Shown here: piece by piece, positions 1 to 12,399 of the stretch
Layout: each line of letters starts with the position of its first letter
Position numbering within the stretch: the first letter of the stretch is position 1
Origin: the human T2T-CHM13v2.0 reference genome, Homo sapiens
Reading direction: 5' to 3' (one strand)
DNA: 64,000 nt
NCBI RefSeq assembly: GCF_009914755.1
Contig: NC_060934.1
The notes under the pieces: model-generated
The model's input: only the letters and a program-made list of their open reading frames with translations
The model's database searches: none
Told to the model about the DNA's origin: nothing
Program-made: the position numbers and the translations under genes

Positions 1-625
1 ATGTGGAGGTTGCAGAAGGTGGCACACAAGGAGAGCATGGGAGCTCCACACCCCTTCCAAAATCTCACCCTATGCATCTCTTCTGTATCCTTCATAATAG
101 ATCAGTATGTTTGTTTTCCTGAGTTCTGAGAGCCACTCTGGCAAATTCATCAAACCCTAGGAGGGGGTCGTGGGATCCCCAATTTAGCCATTAGGTGAGC
201 CCAAGCAAGGTGGCATCCATGCCAAAGTTGGGGAGCTGTAGTGGCATAGAGCAGAGTGTTGGAACCTGACCAGGTTCAGAAGGATGGGGAAGACTACCAG
301 TTTGGGCTTTCAGAGCCCCAGAGTATGGGGTTTCATAGCCGTTTGGTCAGAAGCACGGGTAAAAACCTAGGGCTTGAGATAGGCACTGGAGGTGGAGGGC
401 AGTCTTAGGACTGAGCTCTCAACCTACGGGATCTGATTCTACCTCCAGGTAGAGGGTGTCAGAATTGAATTGGATTGGTGGATACCCAGCTGGTGCCCAC
501 TGCAGAGCTGACTGCTTGCTTACTGGTAGGGACAAAGGTCCACACATTGGGTCACAGAAGATATCTGTGTAGATTGCTGTTGAGTGAGAGAATTAACAAA
601 TCAATTTGAATATGTGTTTCCTCCC
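1..625 (+). mobile_element. MER21-family ERVL LTR (3' part)
   Basis: Resembles remembered MER21 consensus motifs (ggggtcgtgggatcccc, ggtcagaagcac, ctccaggtagagggtgtcagaattgaattgg, ccacacattgggtcacagaag). Confidence 0.7.
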
Positions 626-627
626 CA

Positions 628-1099
628 CACACGCACACGTATGTTTATTGCGGCACTATTCACAATAGCAAAGACTTGGAACCAACCCAAATGTCCAACA
701 ATGATAGACTGGATTAAGAAAATGTGGCACATATACACCATGAAATACTATGCAGCCATAAAAATAATGAGTTCATGTCCTTTGTAGGGACATGGATGAA
801 GCTGGAAACCATCATTCTCAGCAAACTATCCCAAGGACAAAAAACCAAACACCGCATGTTCTCACTCATAGGTGGGAATTGAACAATGAGAGCACATGGA
901 CACAGGAAGGGGAACATCACACACCAGGGCCTGTTGTGGGGTGGGGGGAGGGGGGAGGCATAGCATTAGGTGTTATACCTAATGATCAATGACGAGTTAA
1001 TCGGTGCAGCACACCAACATGGCACATGTATACATATGTAACAAACCTGCACATTGTGCACATGTACCCTAAAACTTAAAGTATAACAACAAAAAAAAA
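628..1099 (+). mobile_element. 5'-truncated L1PA (about L1PA4-5) 3' end with A-tail
   Basis: Encodes the ORF2 C-terminal motif RMFIAALFTIAKTWNQPKCPTMIDWIKKMWHIYT, followed by the L1PA 3'UTR G-tract and aaaacttaaagtata-polyA; no TSD seen. Confidence 0.95.
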
Positions 1100-1167
1100 G
1101 AATCTGTGATCTGAGGCTCAATGGAAACGTAAGGTTTTACTTTGTCCCTTAATAGACTAATGGTGAC

Positions 1168-1313
1168 TTTTTTTTTTTTTTTTTTTTTTTTGAGACAGGG
1201 TCTTGCTCTGTCACCCTGGCTGAAGTGCAGTGGCGTGATCTTGGCTCACTGCAACCTCCACTTCCTGGGTTCAAGTGATTCTCCTGCCTCAGCCTCCTGA
1301 GTAGCTGGGATTA
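1168..1313 (-). mobile_element. Alu right-arm fragment
   Basis: polyT followed by gagacagggtcttgctctgtcacc...agctgggatta. Confidence 0.9.
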
Positions 1314-2580
1314 TTCTTATAGGAAAAATGATTGAGTCACTGACAACTCAACAAAACCATTTTATCTGTTTTTATTTGTGTCACAACAAACTAACTGAAT
1401 TATATATGGTTATTTTTGCTAATCGGGACCAACGATAAAGCCTTAACTTTCATTCTAGGTCCTATCTTAAGGAGCCTAATTTGAATGCCAAGACAATTTA
1501 CACACTGGCCTCTTTCTTCCTCTCTTGAAAATACAATGCAATCACTGATATCAAGGTCATATTTTCCAACCCCTCTGTTAGAACATATGAACTGATAACG
1601 ATATTTTGTTCCATATAAGGCTGCCTGGAGATAGTCTAACAAAGTCAATGTATATACCAACATGTTGGAGTTTTGTGATATCTCAATCTTCAATGGACTA
1701 ATAAGATTGGATACTTGAATTAAAGCCTATCTGAAATTCTAGAGTAAATTGTCATTCTATGTGTGCAATCTAATCACTAACAACAATCCTACAATATTAA
1801 GTCATTCTATGTGAATGAACTCAGAGCCCGTATAGTAACTTACAGATAAAAATGCATATTACCGTAACCCAGTGACCAGTATATTTATAAACACTAGTAG
1901 CAGAAAATAAGTGCTTTGATGTTGTTCATACTACATATTCCTTGCAAGTAGTTCTACATTTCTTCAAATACTAAGTCTGTGCTCATTATTTTTAGTGTGT
2001 ATATTATTTAGACTATAACTTAGCATTTACGACCTCTACTTTGCTTTATTTCAGATAGGAGGAGCATTACAAGTTCCAATGTAAAATTGTTATATATTGC
2101 GAATGAAATACTATGCCTGGTTAGAAATTAAATTTACACAATATTAACTTTAGCTATGTTCTGTGTTAGTTGGTTTCACTCTAGTATTCAGAGGCACCAA
2201 GTTCATTCTGCATGTAATTTCAGGTCAACGCAGACTGTTTAATTAACAACTAGTTGAACTAGTAGAATTGCAGAGCAATTCCACTCTGACAGTTTTAACA
2301 ACTATAATATCTCATACAGAGTTGCCTCACAGAAATGGTAACTGATAGTGTCTGGCTCAGCCTCGTGCCCAATGCAAAAAGGGCAACTAGCCTTCCAGCT
2401 TGCACTTACCTTCAATGATGGGGCCTCACCACCTGATAAGGTTGTGCATTTTATGATTTGACAGCTCTAGATTTTAGACATCCTGTAGAGTTTAAATATT
2501 TAAAGTTTAGCATATTTCTTTGCAATTTACTCTTATGGCAGAAATAAAATAATCTATTAAAACAATAAAAACTATTTAAG

Positions 2581-2732
2581 CTAGGCACCATGGCTCATGC
2601 CTGCCATGCCAGTGCTTAGGAGGCCAAGATGAGAGGATGCTTGAGCGCAGGAGTTCAACGATGCAGTGAGCTATGATTGCACCACTGCATTCCAGCCTGG
2701 GTGACAGAGCAAGACCTCATCTCTCAAAAAAA
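2581..2732 (+). mobile_element. Alu monomer (FRAM/AluJ-like)
   Basis: ggctcatgcctg...gcagtgagctatgattgcaccactgcattccagcctggg...A-tail. Confidence 0.85.
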
Positions 2733-3745
2733 TATATATTAACTTATTGTACATGTAGAGTAAATGGATATGGGAGAATGTAGGCTATATCAACAGAGGT
2801 TAACATCTGTGTCTGGTCGAGAAAGACAAGGTAGTGATAACCACTCCCAATATTAAAACCAGTAGGCACTTCCCTTTCTACTCTATTTCAAGGGTTCATG
2901 CTTAAATCCCAACACTTTCAACCTTAAATATCATGTATTTGACCCTAAATACTCAATTGTTTTTTCCACTACTTTATAGATAACTGAATTGCCTCACCCC
3001 GCATCTTTGTCCTCAGTTTGGTGACATAACCTCGTTTTTGGATTTGCTTTTACTTCAAGATTAAAATTTGCAATTCTTGACACTCCAATGTGTCTCGGTT
3101 TTCATTGGCCCAACTCCTGATTCTGCATGAGCAACTCAAAAGCTTTTATTGCCTATTTATACATGTAATCTATTAGTGCCTGTGGATACAGAGTACAGCT
3201 TGAAGGAAATATTCAGCCCATTTGGGGGGCAACAAGAGGGATACACGGGTAAAATCAGCTACATGAGTCATGGCCAAAGATGAATGATGGTGGACAGTCT
3301 ACTCTCACTGCTTTCAATTAAATTTTCTCCTTAAGTGAGCACACTTTCAATTGGAATTATGTAGAAGAAAAAAGTGGTGTATATGGAAGGTGATGTGTGC
3401 TTCTCATGCTAATTAGATGCCCTCAATATTTCTTAGCTGGAACTTCAGTTTCAGAAATAAAGATCAAGCACACACCACCTCCCAACAAGTCCCACTGAGG
3501 AATGCGTGGACCTGAAGCAGGTAGGAGTCTCAGGAGATCATTATCTGGCTGGATGTGCTTTAAGAAGAATGTCTGTGGCAGAGATCTAAGGAGTTCACAA
3601 AATTCAAAGGAAAGCATTTGGATCTCTAGTCAAAAAATTTTGACAAATCCTGCAAGGTGCAGAGGCAAGAATTACAAAGGTCCCATTTCTCAGCTTCACC
3701 TGCCCAGCCCCCTGCAGAACTCCCATTGGTTTCAAAGACATTCCA

Positions 3746-4437
3746 GGCTTGGATCAGCTCTGTGGGGCATGGACCAGCTCTGTGGGGCATGGATCAGCTC
3801 TGTGGGGCATGGATCAGCTCTGTGGGGCATGGACCAGCTCTGTGGGGCTTGGATCAGCTCTGTGGGTCTTGGATCAGCTCTCTGGGGTATGGACCAGCTC
3901 TGTGGGGCATGGACCAGCTCTGTGGGGCATGGACCAGCTCTGTGGGGCTTGGATCAGCTCTGTGGGGTATGGACCAACTCTGTGGGGCACAGATCAGCTC
4001 TGTGGGGTATGGACCAGCTCTGTGGGGTATGGACCAGCTCTGTGGGGCACGGATCAGCTCTGTGGGGCTTGGATCAGCAGTGTGGGGCATGGATCAGCTC
4101 TGTGGGGTATGGACCAGCACTTTGGGTATGGACCAGCTCTGTGGGGCATGGATCAGCTCTGTGGGGCTTGGATCAGCAGTGTGGGGCATGGATCAGCTCT
4201 GTGGGGTATGGACCAGCTCTGTGGGGCACGGATCAGCTCTGTGGGGCACGGATCAGCTCTGTGGGGCTTGGATCAGCAGTGTGGGGCATGGATCAGCTCT
4301 GTGGGGTATGGACCAGCTCTGTGGGGCACGGATCAGCTCTGTGGGACTTGCATCAGCTCTGTGGGGCTTGGACCAGCTCTGTGGGGTATGGACCAGCTCT
4401 GTGGGGCATGGACCAGCTCTGTGGGGCACGGATCAGC
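3746..4437. repeat. 20-bp minisatellite/VNTR, consensus GGA(T/C)CAGCTCTGTGGGG(CAT/TAT/CTT/CAC)
   Basis: 34 complete units counted from 3751 (one is 19 bp, at 4111), plus partial flanking units. Confidence 0.98.
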
Positions 4438-5090
4438 CAGACGAGGAATGGACCAGACACAGGAAGAGAGAAGGGCTGAACAAGGAAACAAAGTTCTATG
4501 GAAGAATTTTAGGACAAAAGATCACTCCTTTTATTAAGATAATAGTTTTAATAGCAATACAATACCAAAATTGGAAATAACCTGAGATTTTAAGTGAATT
4601 ATCAAACAATCATAAATAGACAGCTGATAGAATTCTGCAGGTAAGATCATTAAATCCTTCAAGTAATTTCAAAATTGTATTCCTCTTTGATGAAAAAAAC
4701 TTATTTTTAATTTTATTTTACTTGAAGTTCCAGGATGCACGTGCAAGATGTACAGGTGTGTTACATAGGTACATGGAGCACTCCTTTCTTCATGCCGACA
4801 GGAGTGCTAATGCACTGATGGAGGCATCCAACGTATTTATGAAACACGTTCATCAGACATACTATGTCATAAAAGATGGGTATATATGATTATGTAGCAC
4901 AGACAAGCAAGATGGGCGTTTTTCATAAAATATTTACACTGAGGAAAACATGTAGAAGCAGGGTATTAGTGAATGCCACCATAAATCCATTTAAAAATGG
5001 ATTTTTCTTACCAATTCACCACTGATGACTATTTTTCATCACAGAGACCATAGTGAGAGATACCTCATTATCCAAATCCATTTAGAGCAT

Positions 5091-5476
5091 AAAAGAGCAT
5101 AGAGAATATGCGGTGTTTGGTTTTTGTTCTTGCGATAGTTTACTGAGAATGATGATTTCCAATTTCATCCATGTCCCTACAAAGGACATGAACTCATCAT
5201 CTTTATGGCTGCATAGTATTCCATGGTGTTTCATAGGTGGGAATTGAACAATGAGATCACATGGACACAGGAAGGGGAATATCACACTCTGGGGACTGTG
5301 GTGGGGTGGGGGGAGGGGGGAGGGATAGCATTGGGAGATATACCTAATGCTAGATGACGAGTTAGTGGGTGCTGTGCACCAGCATGGCACATGTATACAT
5401 ATGTAACTAACCTGCACAATGTGCACATGTACCCTAAAACTTAAAGTATAATTAAAAAAAAAAAGAGCATAGAGAA
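5091..5476 (+). mobile_element. L1PA2-like 5'-inverted (twin-primed) insertion with 16-bp TSD
   Basis: TSD aaaagagcatagagaa at 5091-5106 and 5461-5476; 5107-5229 is antisense L1; 5231-5460 is sense 3'UTR with GAG at the Ta-diagnostic site (ctagatgacgagttag). Confidence 0.93.
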
Positions 5477-5559
5477 AAAGACTGACCTTCCTGGGGGTGG
5501 AGGTAATATGTGTTTACAAGAAGACTTTGGAGAATAGACATATCTTTCCTCTGTAAGTC

Positions 5560-6050
5560 CCAGTTATTAACTCTTCCCATTTAGATATTGGATTATGTGG
5601 CATTCTTGTGGACACTTTGGCATAGGAATCTAATTTTCTTTATGTGGACACTCATTTATCCCAAATGCTTATTAAATGACTTTTCTCTAATAATACACAA
5701 TATTCACTCTCACATTAAGCCCCTGCCTATGCTTGGGTTCTCTACTGAGTGTCATTTTTTTGTTTGTTTTTTTTTGTTTTGTTTTGTTTTCTGTTTACCT
5801 ATGCCTATGATAATACCAAGCTATCTTAGTTGCTACAGATAAAAAAAAAAAATTGCTACATAGTAGTAACCCTCACGCACACCTTTCTGTTTTTCAAAAT
5901 TGGCCTGTAGTTGCTTTGTCAAGCAAATTTTGGATCAGGTGGTTAAATCCTACTGAAACTGTTAATTTTGACTTAAAATATATTTAAATTATAGAACAAC
6001 TTGGAGTGAATTTACGTCTTTAGTTGTCTCATCCATTAATACATTATCAG
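5560..6050 (-). mobile_element. Old L1M fragment
   Basis: Degenerate antisense ORF2-like T-rich sequence. Confidence 0.5.
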
Positions 6051-6279
6051 AGGAAAATTTCCAAAGACTCTAAACAGCAAATTTTCTCAGCTACCAGTGT
6101 CTGCACCAGAACGCCTAGGTGTTGATGACTATTCCTGCTCCCATCGGAAGCCAGTCTTGTGCTTCCTGCACCCAGTTGCCATCTCTTTTTACCTTGACAG
6201 GAACATCTCTCTATTCAACCTAAGAAACCTGATTTTTAAAAGAAAAAAAGAACATCTAACAATTTCTGTACTGTTCTTT

Positions 6280-6565
6280 TGCATCAGTTTTTCATTTCTA
6301 TCAGACTATTCCCATCAGCACAGAAATATGATGCTATTTCTGCCATCTTAAAATATACTTATCTTGACTTTATTTATTTTTCCAGCTACCATTCTAGTTC
6401 TGTATTTCCCTAGGCCCACAAAATTATCCAAAGCATTGTTTTTACTCCACTTCCTCTCCTTCTAATCATCTCTAAATGCCTTTGGATCAGCTTTTCTCAC
6501 CACTTCACTAATACTGCTCTTGTCAATATGACCAATGACCTCCACATTGAAAAATCAAATTGCAG
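6280..6565. mobile_element. L2 fragment
   Basis: actgctcttgtcaatatgaccaatgacctccacattg resembles L2 consensus. Confidence 0.6.
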
Positions 6566-6929
6566 GTTTATTTCTCTGGGAAATGATCCAATCCACCTCA
6601 TTTTCAAAGGTATTGGTATATAATTAAGTATTATGTAATCTTACAGCCTTCTCAGTGTTTCTAACGTATAGAGGAAATGATTATGCCTTTGGTTTCCACC
6701 TTGTACTTTTTGGAGTTCTTTTTTTAGAGGGTAGAGAAGGATTCTTTTCATTGTGTTTTGTCTTCCTTTCTTTTCAAAGAACCAACTTTTAAGTTTCTAT
6801 TCAATTCTCAATTTTCATATGTGCCAGATTATTCCCATCAGTATACAGATATAGTTCTATTTCTACCATTTTTGATCCATTTAATTTTATGAGGCCAGTG
6901 GAACTCTCCTAGATGGTATAGCATACTGC

Positions 6930-7282
6930 CTTCCTGACTAGTCATTGACTGCCTCCTTGACTTGAGTGTTGGCAGCTAACAGTTTTCAGCTGGGTCCCTC
7001 CATGGGCATTTCTAGTGGCCTAAGAGAGCTACAATCTCTCCAAGGTCATACCAACCCAGGGCAACCTTGTACAAAGGCTGGGCTGTTCAGGATATAAATG
7101 CCCATCCCTCTGGCCTCACAGACAATGCTGAGGGGTCGTCCAGGCTCAAGGACTTCTTCAGATCATCCGTGGCCTCTGGTGAGCTATAACACAATGAAAC
7201 TTTCTTCACTCCCCTAGAGAAGTTGTTTGCCTGCAAGCAAATCTGTCTCAGTCTTTTTCTCGGGAAACCTAATCTAAAGCAA
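6930..7282 (+). mobile_element. LTR16-like ERVL LTR
   Basis: Ends cctgcaagcaaatctgtctcagtc...gggaaacctaatctaaagca, typical of the LTR16 3' end. Confidence 0.6.
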
Positions 7283-7789
7283 TCTTGATACCAAAGCCTG
7301 AAAATGGCATTACAAAAAAGTATCTCAAGTCATTATCTTTCATGGGCATGGGTACAAAAATCCTAACAAGACAGAAAATATATTCTGGCAATATGTAATG
7401 GGGATAACCCATCTTGACCAACGTAGGCTTATTTCAAGCAGCTATTTAATGTTTGAAAATGAATCCCTGTAATTACCACATTCAAACACAAAAATATCAT
7501 TTCAATGTATAAGAAAAGGCATTGATTAAAATTTAACATTTAGTTAGGCCAAAACCTCTTGGCAAACCAGCAAAAACCTAAAGTCTTTAATCTGATGGAG
7601 AGAATCTATGAAGTTCTGTAGGAAACATAGTATTAGTAATGGAATATTGAAGAAATTTCCCTGTTTGTGAATGAGAAAAAGATGATGTTTATCCTAGTTT
7701 TATTCATGTTTATCCTCTAGGTCCCAGCAAGTGCAAGAAGATAAGAGAAATAGAAGAGTGGTAAAAGGGGGGAATATAATACATTTTGC

Positions 7790-7910
7790 AGCCAGACATG
7801 GTGACTCACACACCTGTAATTCCAGCACTTTGGGAGGCTGAGGTAGGAGGATCTCTTGAGCCCAGGAATTCCAGACTAGCCTGGACAACACAGGGAGACC
7901 GTGTCTCTAA
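7790..7910 (+). mobile_element. FLAM / Alu left monomer
   Basis: gccagacatggtgactcacacacctgtaattccagcactttgggagg...gagaccgtgtctct. Confidence 0.85.
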
Positions 7911-8624
7911 CTATACACATAAATACATTAAATGACTTTTCCCTGATCATATACAATATTCACTCTCACATGAAATCCCTGTATATGCTTGAGTTCTCTA
8001 CTGAGGGTCATTTTTTTCTATTTTTGCCTGTGCTAATATATATGCACACATACATATGTATTTTGTAAATTATAAGTTTTACATGTAAAAACTATAAATG
8101 GAATATTGGGATTAATGAGTAAAATTGGCAAGGTTATTAGATATAAGGCCAATATATAAGAACTAACTATAGTTTTATATACCAACAACACAAAACTTTT
8201 TAAAGATACTATGTATAATAGCTCCAGAAAAATCAAACAAGCACAAAATAGTGGCAAGAATTTTCCACTAAAATTACAAAACATTACTAAGAACAGTTAA
8301 GATCTAAATAATCTCCAGTAAATGTTTGTGGATTGGAAGTCTCAATATCTCAAATTCTTTACAAATTGATTTATAGATTCTATGCAATTCTAATCAGTCC
8401 TACATTATTCTAATCTCTCTTTATGCAGAAATTGATAAGCTTACTCTAAAATTTATGTAGATGTACACAGGGCTAAGAATAGCTAAGATAATCTCAAAAG
8501 ATAAATCCGAAAGTTTCTTACTAACACCAGTAGTTACTTTTAAAGTTCAGTCAATAAGGCAGTCTACAACTGGTGCAAGTTCAGATACATAACAAATGGA
8601 ACAAAACAGAATTCGTAAGATGAC

Positions 8625-8644
8625 ATATATATATATATATACAC

Positions 8645-8685
<41 letters not shown>
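8625..8685. repeat. (TA)n(CA)n compound microsatellite
   Basis: Seen directly. Confidence 0.95.
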
Positions 8686-9038
8686 TGCATAGTCAACTGA
8701 CCTATGGCAGAGTTTGCACCACAATGTAGTAGGAAAAGGATAATCTTTGCAATAAATGGTTATGGGTTAGCCAAATATCAAGGAAAAATCATGAGCCCTA
8801 CATCCTATTATACAAAAATATCAATTAGATGGAAATGCATCTAAGTGAGACATTTAAATTCCAGAAGAAAATCATGGAGAACTTCTTCATGATCCTGATA
8901 CAGGCAAATTTTCGCAGTCAAGTCACACACAGCATTAGCCATGGAGGAAAACGTTGGGGAAATTGAACTTTATTAAAATTAAGAGCTTCTGTCCATTAAA
9001 AGGCAACAGAGTGTGTAAGACGGCAAACTGGAGTGAGC

Positions 9039-9658
9039 CAGTCGATCCTCCTCATTGCATATTCTGAACTTGTGAATTCACCTACTTGCTAAAATTTATT
9101 TGTAATCCCAAAATCAGTACAGCATTTTCAGTCATTCACAGACTTACGCAGAGCAGCAAAATATTTGAGTCGCCCAACACACACATTTCCATGTGAGGTT
9201 GAACAGGATGTCATATGATGCTCTGCCTTCTGTCGGCTCTTGTTCTGTAAGCGAGTGCCCTTTGTGTGATATATTTAGGGCTACATCTTTTGTATTCTGG
9301 GGCTTTTTATTGGATATTTTGCTGTTGTAAATGACCAAGTGTAGTACTGTCTATGGTTCCTAAGCTCTAGAGGGTTGTGATGTGACTTACAGAGAAAGTA
9401 CACGTTTTGGATAAGCTTCCTTTAGGCATCAGTTGTGCCATTAGCAGTGATTTCTATATTAATGAATCAACAATGCATATCAAGTTAGGTGTCTTGAAAC
9501 AGAAAACGAGGTTATGCATTGATCAGTTGACAAAAAAGGTGACCAGAGGCTTATAGTAACCTAACCCTGTATTTCCATGCAGAAAAATGGTTCTGTATTT
9601 GCTAGTGTTCATGGTAACTTGATGGACCATAACTACCACACATCATGAGAATCAACCA
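9039..9658 (+). mobile_element. MER82 (TcMar-Tigger non-autonomous DNA transposon)
   Basis: Begins cagtcgatcct, ends gagaatcaacca (degenerate TIR); internal cctacttgctaaaatttatttgtaatcccaaaatc; ~620 bp. Confidence 0.8.
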
Positions 9659-10649
9659 TACTTGCAATATGTACACTTTATAGAGGACTCATATCCAAAT
9701 ATTTTAAAGAACTCTTACAAAACAATGAGAAAATGAGACAATCCTACATAAACATGGGCCAAAGATTAAACAGCTACTTCACGGAAAGGAAAATCCAAAT
9801 AGCCAGTGAACTGATGGGATGGTAGACTTTGATATTTGTCTCATCTCTGTTCTTTCCCTCAATGTCACTCACAAAAATCGTAATCTACAATTTGGATAAG
9901 ATATCTTTAACTTTCAATCTGGCAAGCTCCCAATGCAAATATATTCTTGTTGTAGTAGTTTTCCCCTACAAACAAGGGAGAAGTTATGCCTGATAAAGTG
10001 TCAACTGTTATGATAGAATAAACATACAGCTACAATTATCTAAAGTTAATCAAATATCACAAGGCCATATTTTAGTTATCAAGCTATAAAAAAGTTTGAG
10101 ACTAATGTTTGCGATACACATAATAACTAGATGTATAGGGTTTTAATAGAGGGTGTTGGTGTTTTCTGGAAAAATAATAAGAATGATAACATTAAAATCT
10201 TGTGGAAACAAATAAACTGAAAGATTTTAAGATTTTAAGACTGAGTGATTCCACTCAGACAACTTTTGTTAGGATCTCTTTGGATCTGCTATTTGTCTTC
10301 CACCGCTGTGGCTTTGCTCATGCATTTGCCTGCGTGCTACCACCCACTGCAATACTGACCGTTATTTCTGCTAAGCTAAAAGTATTGCCACTCCTTTGAA
10401 GTTTGTTCTGGTTTCTCCTCTAGGAGTAATCCCTTTTGCTTCTGAGTTCCCACTGTACTGTCCAGACTTTCAGCCCTTTCTGCTCTGCTATGTATTCATT
10501 TGTGTATATTCTATCTTCCACACTAGATTACAAATTCTGCCCAGGGTACAAACAATGCACACTACCTATTTAAATCCTCTTAGTATCTACCTCTCACAGT
10601 GACTTCAAATTTGAGCTGTGTTTAATAAATGATTAATTTAAAGAAAATC

Positions 10650-11011
10650 TGATATGGTTTGGTGGTGTGCCCACCCAATCTTATCTTAAATTGTAGCTCC
10701 CATAGTCCCCACATGTCATGGGAGGGACCTGGTAGGAGGTAATTGAATCATGGGGGCGGGTCTTTCCAATGCTGTTCTCGTGACGTGAATAAGTCTCATG
10801 AGATCAGAAGGTTTTATAAAAGGCAGTTCCCCTGCACAGGCTCTCTTGCCTGCTGCCATGTAAGATGTGGTTTTGCTCCTCCTTCACCTCTTACCGTGAT
10901 TGGGAGGCCTCTCCAGCCATGTGGAACTGTGAGTCCATTGAACCTCTTTTTCTTTATAAATTATGCAGTCTCAGGTATTTCTTCATAGCAGTAAGAAAAT
11001 GGACTAATACG
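10650..11011 (+). mobile_element. THE1 (about THE1C) MaLR solo LTR
   Basis: tgatatggtttgg...ccagccatgtggaactgtgagtccatt...ggactaatac. Confidence 0.9.
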
Positions 11012-12399
11012 ACAAATACTTGCTCTGTAAAATCAGTTTTAATCATCATTCTCTAGAGAATGAAAAATAACCAGAAGAAAGTAGAGAATAAGTAGGATAA
11101 AAATAAAACTCCAGCAGAAGAAAATACGTAAAGCAAAACTGACAAAAGCACTTAAAGACAATGTGTGATCAGGTAAAGAAAAGTCCCTTTACTTCCACAT
11201 TCAGTTCTTCCCATCTCACCTATGTTTCTGGTTTTCTTTGTTTGGTTTTCGCCTTTCACTCTACCTGTCTACCAAAATCAGCTTTCCCTACCTCTTGCCA
11301 CCCAGCTGGTTTGGGCTGATGCCAGGCTAGAGCTCATCCTTATCACAGCAGTAGCTGGACCTCTGGCTACCCCAGTTTTTATCACTTGCCCCCTGCCATA
11401 AAGCTTAGTGCAACACTAACTCCAAAGTACCCCACCAGCGTGCTCAGAGACAACAGAAATGTTCTGGCTACCTTCAAGGAGGCAGTCTTTCTTTTTAATT
11501 TTGACAGCCAATTGAAAAACGATTCTAGGTACCACATTACTACCTGACAAAAATATGTCTAACTTGGAAAAGTCAGTTGATCATTTACTTCTAAGATCAA
11601 TCTCTGAAAAAATAATTGGGCATTCAGAGCAATCAGAGTCAAATTTCTTCTGCTTGTCCCCACAGATTAACACTTTAATTTTAGGCATCTATCAAAAAAT
11701 ACATTTTCGGAGGCTTTAGTTTTTGAACTGGATGGATCATTGGTCTGCTAGAATACAGAAAATGTTTAAAAACTATAGCACCTGATGGAGTCCCTAAGGC
11801 AAAAGTGTGATTGTGGGTGATGCTTTAAGCAATATTTTTACCCCTCAGTCTTGGGAGAATCCTTTGTCCCATGCTCTAGAGACACCTGTTTCATCGTGGC
11901 AACAGCTAGAAATACGGTACCCTGTGTCTGCACCACATCACTTCGTGGACCCTGTGGGTCCCAGGAGAGACTAGTTAGAGCCTCTTGCTGCAAACAAAGG
12001 AAACATCAAAGGAGATGACAGAACAGAGAGGGTGAATGAATTCATGGAGACAACCAAATTACTTCAGGCCCAAGGCCTTGGAAAAAACATTCGGCCTTAC
12101 CTAAACAATGCCATAAGTGGATAAAGTATCCAACTGATTAAAGATTCATCATTATCACCATAATTCCTACATCATCAAAAGCCCGGAGTGGATAGCTGCA
12201 GAGCCAGGGCCCAGTGGCTGGCTCAGAGGAGAAGCAGGAAGAGACACACACTGAGCATTCCTCCCAGCAGCCCAGATTTGCACCTCTGATTGCCTCCTGG
12301 GAGGTAGTCTCAGATTGTCCCTGGAGTGCAAAGATGTAAACTTTTAACTGAAAAGGTCCAAAATGAACTTATTTTCACCTACAAAGAGGTTCTTGACCT

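Larger units (their letters stand above)
7283..9810 (+). mobile_element. Old L1M ORF2 remnant interrupted by an Alu monomer, a microsatellite and MER82
   Basis: A-rich degenerate ORF2 motifs (ttgataccaaagcc, aaattgatttatagattctatgcaat, ttgcaataaatgg, catgggccaaaga). Confidence 0.75.

Noticed and set aside
3746-4437. CRISPR-like array
   Set aside because: Contiguous tandem units with no unique spacers, in primate DNA with no cas genes
3502-4580. Three long ORFs (262-325 aa) as a protein-coding gene
   Set aside because: Fully explained by a stop-free 20-bp repeat; open in all frames, two use non-ATG starts, and there is no recognisable domain
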